In this document: in pieces, positions 17,876 through 25,475 of the stretch | Layout of the letters: every line of letters begins with the position of its first letter | How positions within the stretch are numbered: the stretch's first letter is position 1 | From: Candidatus Limimorpha sp. | GTDB lineage: Bacteria > Bacteroidota > Bacteroidia > Bacteroidales > F082 | NCBI GenBank assembly: GCA_041842465.1 | Contig: JBGYXG010000040.1 | Coordinates: 1,788 to 65,787, forward strand | Length of the DNA: 64,000 nt | Direction of reading: 5' to 3' | Program-made: the position numbers and the translations under genes | The notes under the pieces: model-generated | Databases searched by the model: none | What the model was told of the DNA's origin: nothing | Seen by the model: only the letters and a program-made list of their open reading frames with translations

Positions 17876-18133
17876 ATGGTTATAGAAATTTGTATCGGAA
17901 GTTCGTGCCATCTGAAAGGCACCTACAACATCATCCAGACTTTGCAGCACATTTTGGAAGAACGTAAACTGTATGACAGGGTGAATATGAGATCTGCATT
18001 TTGCATGAGAAATTGCGGAGGCGAAGGGGTGTCTGTCTCAGTGAACGGAGAAGTGTACAGTGTTACTCCTGAAAAAGTCGTTGATTTTTTCGACAATACC
18101 ATTGTGCCGATATTAAACGAAGAAGAAGTTTAA
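17876..18133 (+). CDS. small 4-Cys thioredoxin-like [2Fe-2S]-ferredoxin-type protein (second paralogue)
   Basis: The ATG lies 2 nt after the hydA stop. Motif MVIEICIGSSCHLKG...FCMRNC. The listed ORF start at 17762 overlaps hydA and is rejected. Confidence 0.75.
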   Translation: MVIEICIGSSCHLKGTYNIIQTLQHILEERKLYDRVNMRSAFCMRNCGGEGVSVSVNGEVYSVTPEKVVDFFDNTIVPILNEEEV

Positions 18134-18223
18134 ATAACGGACTTGACGTTTTTTATGGGTAATTGTTTGAAGAGGCTGTGTCGAAAAAAAGACCCGGCCT
18201 CTTTTTGATTCCCGTATTTAGGC

Positions 18224-18268
18224 CCTCCGCTCCTGCGCGATGGCATTGCGTGGGAGCGGAGGTTTTTT
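18224..18268 (+). terminator. rho-independent terminator closing the hydrogenase operon
   Basis: 10-bp stem CCTCCGCTCC/GGAGCGGAGG followed by TTTTTT. Confidence 0.7.
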
Positions 18269-18311
18269 ACTATGCGAAGCAAGCGCGGCAGCAAAGGGCT
18301 CGGCTTCTTTT

Positions 18312-18611
18312 TCATTCCTTAATCTCTACATAGAACACCGTCGGGTCGTCGTCTTCGCAAAACGACTCGTCGGTGTAGTATTGTCCGGGCTTGTCGTCAT
18401 CCTGAAAGAGTATCAGCGTCACCTTGTTGAAAGGAATGGGCTGGCCTTTGTCGCTGTATTGCTGGATGTCGGATTCGGTAAGTCCTTCCATCTTCATCAT
18501 TTTCAACATCATGGCTAAATCGAGGTTGACATTGAGCAAATCTTGCTTCCATTCGATGCTGATGACCGCCGTGGTGTACAACTTGAACTTTTTGACTTCT
18601 ATTTTCTTCAT
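18312..18611 (-). CDS. hypothetical small acidic protein
   Basis: 99-aa ORF with no signal peptide and an acidic C-terminus (DDDKPGQYYTDESFCEDDDP). No family recognised. Confidence 0.5.
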   Translation of the reverse strand: MKKIEVKKFKLYTTAVISIEWKQDLLNVNLDLAMMLKMMKMEGLTESDIQQYSDKGQPIPFNKVTLILFQDDDKPGQYYTDESFCEDDDPTVFYVEIKE

Positions 18612-18734
18612 TTTTCGGATGTGTTTTATCCCTGACGGGCATTTTACGGTTCAAAGATGCGAAAAAAAAGGTTTTGTAGGGATTTTATCGTCCAATGTCG
18701 TTCATATTTCCTAATTTTGTCCAACTAAATCAAA

Positions 18735-19475
18735 ATGATCATGCGTAAATTCTTGTTTGTTGCGGCTGCTTTCATGGTATTGTCCGTATCGGGTGCAGCT
18801 CAAACCATTGAGTCGGTGAATGTGTCGAATAGTCCCGACGGTCCTTTTTCGATGACGAAGAACAACGGCAGCCGCCCAATTATTGTAGGAACGGTGGCGA
18901 ATGGCAAGAAAGAGGGCCAGTGGATTGAGTATTTTGAAAGCGATAACTATTTGCCAAACAGAATGATGAGCTATGTGAATGGGAGAAAGAACGGCCTTTA
19001 TGTCGAAATCGACAAGACCGGTGCTTTGGTGCGTAAAGCCGAGTATAAGGATGGCCTCCTTCATGGTGAGTCGTGCACTTGGTATCGCGGCGGTCGTCTG
19101 GCGAAGATGAACACGTATAAGGACGGTCAGATGGATGGCAGTCAGATTATTTGTTATGAAAGGGGCGGCAACCAGGAAGTGGCGAATTACAAGGAGGGGC
19201 AGCGCGACGGCGTGACGACTTGGTATGACGAGAACGGCAAGAAATTGATGACCATTGATTACAAGGCGGGCAGGTTTGAAGGCAAACAGGAAACGTTTTA
19301 TCCGAATGGCAATCTGAAAACCTCAAAGGAATATCATGACAATGTGCAGACTGGCGAGATGCGCGAGTATTATGAAAGCGGTGCGTTGAGGTTGGTTGCC
19401 AGCTTTAAGAACGGTGTGCCGCAGGGTAAGGCCGAAAACTTTGAGGACACGAAGCCGGCCACACCGAAGCCCTAA
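18735..19475 (+). CDS. secreted MORN-variant repeat protein (YwqK-family-like)
   Basis: Signal peptide, then about 7 repeats of the form Y.(D/N)G...G....WY..G. Confidence 0.7.
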   Translation: MIMRKFLFVAAAFMVLSVSGAAQTIESVNVSNSPDGPFSMTKNNGSRPIIVGTVANGKKEGQWIEYFESDNYLPNRMMSYVNGRKNGLYVEIDKTGALVRKAEYKDGLLHGESCTWYRGGRLAKMNTYKDGQMDGSQIICYERGGNQEVANYKEGQRDGVTTWYDENGKKLMTIDYKAGRFEGKQETFYPNGNLKTSKEYHDNVQTGEMREYYESGALRLVASFKNGVPQGKAENFEDTKPATPKP

Positions 19476-19526
19476 TGGGGAGCACAAATGACTAAAAAAG
19501 CGAGGTTCACAGCCCCGCTTTTTGTT

Positions 19527-20000
19527 TTATACCCCGAAGGCAGCCTTGCCGGGATAGTGAAACTTGTATTCGGCCACTGCCTGAGAATAGACGAAATAGG
19601 TCACATCGCCCTCAACGCATAAAGTGCCGGCACCGTCGAACAGTTGTGTCTTGAACTTGTACTCATGCGGTCCGCATTGTTCTTTTAATTTCGCCGTTAC
19701 GGTGATTTCTCCTTTGGGGATGAGTACGGGTTTCAAGAACTTCAAATCGATTTGCGAAGTGACGCCGCTGCTGCCGAGCAATGTCGCTACTGCCCAAAAC
19801 GCAACTTCGTCGAGCAAGGTGGTGCTGATGCCGCCGTGCAGCACGTTGTGAAAGCCCATGTAGTCGTCGTGTGGCATCCAGCGAGCGATGACCGTGTCGT
19901 CCTCCAATTCAAAATCGAGTTTCAGGCCGATGGGATTGCGTGCCGAACAGCCGAAACAGTGGTGTCCTTCCAAATTGTTATAGGGATTGAGAATCTTCAT
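19527..20000 (-). CDS. PaaI-family hotdog-fold thioesterase
   Basis: N-terminal HHCFGCS...NP.GL and HGG....LLDE motifs. Confidence 0.8.
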   Translation of the reverse strand: MKILNPYNNLEGHHCFGCSARNPIGLKLDFELEDDTVIARWMPHDDYMGFHNVLHGGISTTLLDEVAFWAVATLLGSSGVTSQIDLKFLKPVLIPKGEITVTAKLKEQCGPHEYKFKTQLFDGAGTLCVEGDVTYFVYSQAVAEYKFHYPGKAAFGV

Positions 20001-20011
20001 GTCGCTGTCGT

Positions 20012-20332
20012 TTAATCAGTTACAACGGCTGTTCCCGATGCTGAAATCATCAACATGCTGCCGCTTTCACCCAACACTTCGTAATCGACGTCCACGCCAA
20101 CAATAGCATTGGCACCAAGCTGGCGTGCGCGCTGTTGCATTTCTTCCAAGGCTTGTTTGCGCACTTTGATGACTTCTCCCTCGTAAGTGGAGGAACGTCC
20201 GCCCACAAAGTCACGGATGTCGGCCATAAAGTCCTTTACAAAGTTCACGCCGGCAATCACTTCGCCAAAAACGATGCCTTTGTATTCTAAAATCTGTTTG
20301 CCCTCGATACGGGACGTGGTCGTGATCATCAT
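20012..20332 (-). CDS. YbjQ/UPF0145-family protein
   Basis: [14 protein letters not shown]...GEVI.G.N...D....I...VGGRS..YE pattern. Confidence 0.8.
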   Translation of the reverse strand: MMITTTSRIEGKQILEYKGIVFGEVIAGVNFVKDFMADIRDFVGGRSSTYEGEVIKVRKQALEEMQQRARQLGANAIVGVDVDYEVLGESGSMLMISASGTAVVTD

Positions 20333-20437
20333 AAGAATCCTGTTTTGATGTTGCAAAGTAACGGTTTTTTCGTGAATCAGAACATGACGGTGTCAAACCC
20401 AATGGGAATAATCGTTTTCCATCACAGGGAAATGCAT

Positions 20438-20445
20438 TATCTTTG
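20438..20445 (+). promoter_or_regulatory. -7 box TATCTTTG upstream of the riboswitch
   Basis: Exact TAnnTTTG match. Confidence 0.4.
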
Positions 20446-20451
20446 TCCCCG

Positions 20452-20612
20452 ACAATAGGTGCTCGCAAGGGCTTGAAAGGGAATCGGGTGCAAGTCCCGA
20501 ACAGTTCCCGCTGCTGTGAGTTATCAAGGTTTCCGTCAGGTGTCACTGTGCCTTTTTTCGGCATGGGAAGACGGCGTAAATAGGAAACAAGTCAGAAGAC
20601 CTGCCTATTGCC
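20452..20612 (+). promoter_or_regulatory. cobalamin (B12) riboswitch
   Basis: Conserved core GAAAGGGAATCGGGTGCAAGTCCCGAAC..CCCGCTGCTGT, a B12-box-like GTCACTG, GGGAAG, and a 3' AGTCAGAAGACCTGCC. It sits directly upstream of a TonB-dependent receptor. Confidence 0.8.
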
Positions 20613-22550
20613 ATGATCAATCTCGGGAAGAAGATGAAGAAACTTATTTTTCTGCTGTTATTCCTATCCATGCTGTGTCCTTTGTCGGCACAGGATACTG
20701 TCATGCTCCAGACTGTGGACGTGAAGGCGTCGCGTGTGATTCCTGATTTCGTCAAGCCGTTGCTGGCGCGCAAGTTCGACTCTTTGGTGCTGAGCACTAA
20801 CAGCACTTCCAACCTGTCGGATTTGCTCATACAGCATAGTCCGGTGTTTATCAAGACCTTTGGCCCCGGAGGCCTTTCTACGGCATCTTTCAGAGGCACC
20901 ACGGCCAGCCATACGCTGGTGCTTTGGAACGGCTTCAAACTCAACACGCCCAACCTCGGGCAGGTCGATTTCAGTACCATCCCCGTTTTTTTGGCAGACG
21001 ACATCGGCTTGAAATGGGGGAGTGGCACCTCGAATCATAGCGGAGGGTTGGGTGGAACGGTCGATATCGACAACAGCTTGAAGTTCGGTAAAGGATTGTT
21101 GCTCGATCTGAAACAGACCTACGGCAGCTTCAATACTTGGGGCAGCTTTGTCACGGTGGGGTATTCGGGAAAGAAGTACGCCCTGCGGGTGCGGGGCTAC
21201 CGCAATTCATCGGACAACGATTTTGAATATGAAAACCATGCCACCATTCCCACCATGCGCATGAAACAGCAGAATGCCGACTTTTTCGATTACGGGATAA
21301 TGCCGGAACTGACTTTCATGTTGAAAAACAGTATTTTATCCATTTCTTCATGGAATCAGGTCAATGACCGCAACTTGCCGCCTATCATGTCCAACGTTAA
21401 TGTCATGATGAAAGAATGGACCAAGGATGGCTTTTCGCGCAATTTCATATCGTTGAAAACATATTGGAACTCTGGCAGTTTGCAACTCAAGTCGGGTGCG
21501 TTTATGGAACGGCAGCAGTATTTCCTTTTGGTGCCCAATCCAATAACCAACGATACGGTTACCTATTATAATTCCCGAAACAATTCCATCGTGTTGCATC
21601 AGATTGCAGAACTGGAGCAAAACCTGTGGCGTTCGTGGAAACTCAACGCCAAGCTTCAGTGGGACAATGAGCAGGTGAAGTCGAACAACTACGTAGGCGT
21701 GAAGCATCGCAGTTTGTTGTCGCTGTATGCCGCTGTCGGGGGGCAGCCTTTCAGTGGTGCTAACTTACGCCTGACCTTGCGCTACGATAGGGTCGATAAA
21801 AAGTCGATGGGCGTGTTTCCCACGGCCACTCTTTCGTATGAGTTGCCTTTTGCCAAATGCATTAATCTGACATTAGGCTATAGCCATAACTATCGCAATC
21901 CGACCTTGAACGATTTGTATTGGTTTCCCGGAGGCAATCCCGATTTGCTCCCCGAAAACGGACGTACCGGCGATCTGGCGCTCAAATACACTTTCAAAAA
22001 CGATCGGTTTTCTATGGACTTTCGTACTGGCGGCTATCTTTCGAAGGTGGAAAACTGGATTCAGTGGGTGCCGACTTCCTATCGTTTCTGGGAACCTGAA
22101 AATGTGGCTTTGGTCTTTGCCCGCGGCATAGAAAGCCATGTCGAGACCTCGCTGCAATGGAACGGATGGAAATGGTCGTTATCGGGAAATTATGTGTTCA
22201 CCCTTACCACTGACGAAAGCGACAAAGCCGAGCAGCAAGAAACGAAGGGAAAACAGTTGATTTATATCCCCAAACATCATGGCAATGCCTTTCTGTTTGC
22301 GCAATGGCGCACCTGGGATGCCGGCTACACCCTTGAAGTGACAGGCAGCCGAAGCACTTCGTTCAGTAAGACACACTTTACACGGGCACTCAAACCTTAT
22401 TGTGTTCATCATCTGAGCGTAGGCAAGAAGTTCGGCAGGTTCCATGTCGAGCTGCGATGCAACAATCTCACCGACAAAGCGTATCAGAATGTGATTTGGC
22501 GCGCCATGCCGGGACGTAGCTTTGAAATCAAGGTGCATTATCGGTATTAA
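20613..22550 (+). CDS. btuB: TonB-dependent outer-membrane receptor, BtuB-like
   Basis: Signal peptide (the alternative start is the ATG at 20634), a plug domain (DTVMLQTVDVKASR), and a C-terminal beta-barrel ending in an aromatic residue. It lies under a B12 riboswitch. Confidence 0.8.
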   Translation: MINLGKKMKKLIFLLLFLSMLCPLSAQDTVMLQTVDVKASRVIPDFVKPLLARKFDSLVLSTNSTSNLSDLLIQHSPVFIKTFGPGGLSTASFRGTTASHTLVLWNGFKLNTPNLGQVDFSTIPVFLADDIGLKWGSGTSNHSGGLGGTVDIDNSLKFGKGLLLDLKQTYGSFNTWGSFVTVGYSGKKYALRVRGYRNSSDNDFEYENHATIPTMRMKQQNADFFDYGIMPELTFMLKNSILSISSWNQVNDRNLPPIMSNVNVMMKEWTKDGFSRNFISLKTYWNSGSLQLKSGAFMERQQYFLLVPNPITNDTVTYYNSRNNSIVLHQIAELEQNLWRSWKLNAKLQWDNEQVKSNNYVGVKHRSLLSLYAAVGGQPFSGANLRLTLRYDRVDKKSMGVFPTATLSYELPFAKCINLTLGYSHNYRNPTLNDLYWFPGGNPDLLPENGRTGDLALKYTFKNDRFSMDFRTGGYLSKVENWIQWVPTSYRFWEPENVALVFARGIESHVETSLQWNGWKWSLSGNYVFTLTTDESDKAEQQETKGKQLIYIPKHHGNAFLFAQWRTWDAGYTLEVTGSRSTSFSKTHFTRALKPYCVHHLSVGKKFGRFHVELRCNNLTDKAYQNVIWRAMPGRSFEIKVHYRY

Positions 22551-22680
22551 TAGAGGTTCAGGAGAAATGCAAGATGCAAAGATGGATTGCATCCTATCCA
22601 ACAATAACAATAAGGATATATGACATGGCGCTATTTGAATCTGCGCTGGAGTCTTTGTTTTTTGTTTTGGAAAATTGTCG

Positions 22681-22688
22681 TATTTTTG
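22681..22688 (+). promoter_or_regulatory. -7 box TATTTTTG for the second Fe-ADH
   Basis: Exact TAnnTTTG match 56 nt upstream of the ATG at 22744. Confidence 0.4.
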
Positions 22689-22743
22689 CCCGTACTGCCT
22701 GAAGCGGTACAATGAATTGCACACAAACTAAAACTTCATAACT

Positions 22744-23910
22744 ATGCTTGGTAACATCAAATTCCATAACCCTACGAAACTGTATTTCGGAAAGGACGCC
22801 ATGCGCTATTTGGCAAAAGAGCTTCAAAACTATGGTCCTACGGTAATGCTGTCTTATGGCGGCGGTTCCATAAAACGCAACGGCATCTACGACCAGGTGA
22901 TGCAGGTGCTCCGTGAAGCGGGAAAGACCGTTGTTGAGGACAGCGGTGTCACGCCCAATCCCACGGTAGAGAAACTGCGCGAAGGCGCCCAAAGGGCGCG
23001 TCAGCACGCTGTCGATCTCATTCTTGCTGTGGGTGGAGGCTCCACCATTGACTACGCCAAGGGTGTTTCGGCTTCGGCTTATTGCGATGAAGATCCTTGG
23101 GAAAAGTACTACATCCGTCAGGAAAACCCGACCTGCAAAATCATTCCGGTTGGTAATATCCTGACAATGGTGGGTACGGGCAGCGAGATGAATGGTGGCT
23201 CGGTCATCACCAACCATGGTGCATATCTGAAGATTGGAAAAGTGTTCGGCTCTCAACTCATGCCGCGTTTTGCCATCCTGAATCCGGAGTTTACCTATTC
23301 TGTTCCCCAATACCAGATGGTGGCAGGCTTTTTCGACATCATGTCGCATATTCTGGAACAGTATTGCAGCGGAACAGATGACAATACCAGCGATTATATT
23401 GCCGAAGGTCTGATGCGCAGCCTTATTTCCAGTACGCGCGTTGCAGCGAAATATCCCAACGACTACGAAGCCCGTTCGAATATCATGTGGACGGCGACAT
23501 GGGCGCTCAATACCTTGCTGAAGTGTGGGAAAACGCAAGACTGGATGGTTCACATGATAGGGCAATCGGTGGGAGCCTACACGGATGCCACGCATGGCAT
23601 GACGCTGTCTGCAGTGTCGTTACCTTATTACCGTCATATCATGGAGGCTGGGATGGCCAAGTTCCGTCGTCTCGCCATTAATGTTTGGGATGTCGATGCG
23701 GCAGGGAAAACCGACCGTCAAATTGCAGAGGAAGGTCTGAAAGCCATGGAAGGCTGGATGAAGGAAATCGGAGTGGTGCTGCACTTGTCCGAATTGGGCG
23801 TTAAGCCTGAGATGTTCGATGGAATCGCCCGAGGAGCTTTCATTTGCGAGGGCGGTTATAAAAAACTTGACCACGCCGAAATCGTGCAGATACTGAAAGA
23901 AAGCATGTAA
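22744..23910 (+). CDS. iron-containing alcohol dehydrogenase (YqhD/BdhA-like)
   Basis: Motifs GGGSIKRNG, AVGGGSTIDYAKG and HG.T. Confidence 0.9.
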   Translation: MLGNIKFHNPTKLYFGKDAMRYLAKELQNYGPTVMLSYGGGSIKRNGIYDQVMQVLREAGKTVVEDSGVTPNPTVEKLREGAQRARQHAVDLILAVGGGSTIDYAKGVSASAYCDEDPWEKYYIRQENPTCKIIPVGNILTMVGTGSEMNGGSVITNHGAYLKIGKVFGSQLMPRFAILNPEFTYSVPQYQMVAGFFDIMSHILEQYCSGTDDNTSDYIAEGLMRSLISSTRVAAKYPNDYEARSNIMWTATWALNTLLKCGKTQDWMVHMIGQSVGAYTDATHGMTLSAVSLPYYRHIMEAGMAKFRRLAINVWDVDAAGKTDRQIAEEGLKAMEGWMKEIGVVLHLSELGVKPEMFDGIARGAFICEGGYKKLDHAEIVQILKESM

Positions 23911-23920
23911 GCGGCTGGAT

Positions 23921-23955
23921 AAAAAAACGTGCGGCCTTATGCCGCACGTTTTTTA
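23921..23955. terminator. bidirectional hairpin terminator between convergent genes
   Basis: A-run, 9-bp stem ACGTGCGGC/GCCGCACGT, then a T-run. Confidence 0.65.
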
Positions 23956-23976
23956 TTCGGATGGGGTTGTAAAGGA

Positions 23977-24498
23977 TTACTCAGCGGTTTTGATGCCAAG
24001 ATTCCTACGGGCGGATTCAGTGGCGATACGGAGCTTCTTGTTCGTAGGGATTTTCTTATCCGACATGATTTTAATGGCTTCTTCTTTCGAATAGACGCCT
24101 TCCTTCACTTGCTTGTCGGAAGAAAAGACGGTTTGCAGGGCGCGTTCTGAAGTGTTGTCGGCATTGGCTTTGGCAGATTCAAATTTCAGTTGTTTATCCA
24201 CATCGGAGGCATTACGCCTGACTTCTTTTTCGACAGCCTTTTCCTTTACTTCGGCCTGTTTTGCGGCATTTTCAGCTTGTTTGCCAGCGACTCTCGTCTT
24301 GACTTCAGCTTGCTTTTCGGCGCTTTGTGCTTGTTTCTCCGAACTGATGGCGGCGGCTTTTGCGGCATTGCTTTGCGTTGTCTTTACGGTTTGTTCGGTC
24401 TTTGCTTTTTCTTTACTCTCTTTTTCTACGGCGACTTGTGCATGGGCAGATGCAATGAAAGCAATCATTAGTCCCAAACTTAGAATGAGTTTATTCAT
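23977..24498 (-). CDS. secreted low-complexity K/A/E/Q-rich repeat protein
   Basis: Signal peptide ending ASAHA-QV. Degenerate repeats AEKQAEVK / GKQAENAAKQAEVKEK. Confidence 0.6.
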   Translation of the reverse strand: MNKLILSLGLMIAFIASAHAQVAVEKESKEKAKTEQTVKTTQSNAAKAAAISSEKQAQSAEKQAEVKTRVAGKQAENAAKQAEVKEKAVEKEVRRNASDVDKQLKFESAKANADNTSERALQTVFSSDKQVKEGVYSKEEAIKIMSDKKIPTNKKLRIATESARRNLGIKTAE

Positions 24499-24575
24499 GA
24501 TAAGGTAATTTGTTTGGTTTTGTTTTTCAATGAATACTGATTCTTCAATATTGCAATTATTGTACCGAAATGTAC

Positions 24576-24613
24576 AAAAAGAAAAAGAGAATGGCGTTTT
24601 TCGCCACTCTCTT
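24576..24613 (-). terminator. rho-independent terminator after 24641..24979
   Basis: On the minus-strand RNA: stem AGAGAGUGGCG/CGCCAUUCUCU followed by a U-run. Confidence 0.55.
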
Positions 24614-24640
24614 ATGGGAATACTTTGAAAAGGCTATTAC

Positions 24641-24979
24641 TCAGTCTTTTTTGCCTGCTGTTGTGGCTTTGTTTTCTTTGGTGACGGTTGCCTTGGGTTC
24701 ATTTTGCAACCCTTTTTCGGCGCAGCACGATTTGTCTTCCTCTTTCTTTTGGCAACAAGGCTTGTTGCCTTCTTTTTTCCGGCAGCAGGATTGGGCAGGT
24801 TTAGCCTTTTCCTTTACAGCCTGAACGGCAGGTTCTTGTGCTTGGGTTGCAGTAGTAACCTCTACTTTGGCTTTCTCTGTTTCTTTCACGACTTTCTTTT
24901 CAACGTCTTGTGCGCTGACGTTCTGGATGCTGATGGCGAAAAACGCCATGAAACCGATTGCAAAAATGCTTTTTCTCAT
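24641..24979 (-). CDS. small secreted K/E-rich protein with three Cys-Cys doublets
   Basis: Signal peptide ending NVSA-QD, then SCCRKKEGNKPCCQKKEEDKSCCAEKG. Confidence 0.6.
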   Translation of the reverse strand: MRKSIFAIGFMAFFAISIQNVSAQDVEKKVVKETEKAKVEVTTATQAQEPAVQAVKEKAKPAQSCCRKKEGNKPCCQKKEEDKSCCAEKGLQNEPKATVTKENKATTAGKKD

Positions 24980-25004
24980 GTGTTGATAAATTAAGTTGGT
25001 TCAG

Positions 25005-25012
25005 CAAAAATA
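25005..25012 (-). promoter_or_regulatory. -7 box TATTTTTG (minus strand) for 24641..24979
   Basis: The plus strand reads CAAAAATA, 26 nt from the ATG. Confidence 0.4.
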
Positions 25013-25248
25013 TACATTTTTTCCAATCTGTAACCATTTGGGGGAAAAGTGATTTTTTCTGTCTTTATCAAAAAAGTGCTTTTTTTAATCAGTGTTTTTT
25101 GAGCATCTTTTTGCCATTTGTTTTGTCTGTACCTGTTATTCTCACCCATGCCTTGTGGTAGCAAAGAACGAGACCGATTTGAAGTTTAATTTTGAAGAAA
25201 AAAATAAAAAAATAATAGAAAAAAATGTATCGATATAACTTTTTTGTT

Positions 25249-25256
25249 TAACTTTG
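25249..25256 (+). promoter_or_regulatory. -7 box TAACTTTG for aspA (about 210-nt leader)
   Basis: Exact TAnnTTTG match in a 496-bp AT-rich intergenic region. Confidence 0.35.
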
Positions 25257-25475
25257 CAGCCGAATAATGAGAAAGAAATATTGTATGAGTCTGCTTGTTA
25301 TTGAACTGTCACAAAGGAATGATAATAATGCTAAAGCGTTGTGTATCATTAAAAGAGAGCAGTTATTAAACGGCGTTGCTCCTAATACCCCATAATCAAG
25401 TGTTCAAAAAACCCAATCCGTTGTTCAATTTGCTAACTAATCAAATCGATATATTTTTATCTAATAATAGAAATT

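Noticed and set aside
22594-23595. 333-aa ORF on the minus strand
   Set aside because: It lies entirely antisense to the Fe-ADH gene (22744..23910), which has clear family motifs. The antisense product is low-complexity and His/Arg-rich with no recognisable motif. It is a typical shadow ORF.
25268-25399. 43-codon ORF in the aspA leader
   Set aside because: It has no signal, motif or conservation evidence, and the AT-rich context produces such ORFs by chance. It is kept only as a remark in the leader finding.
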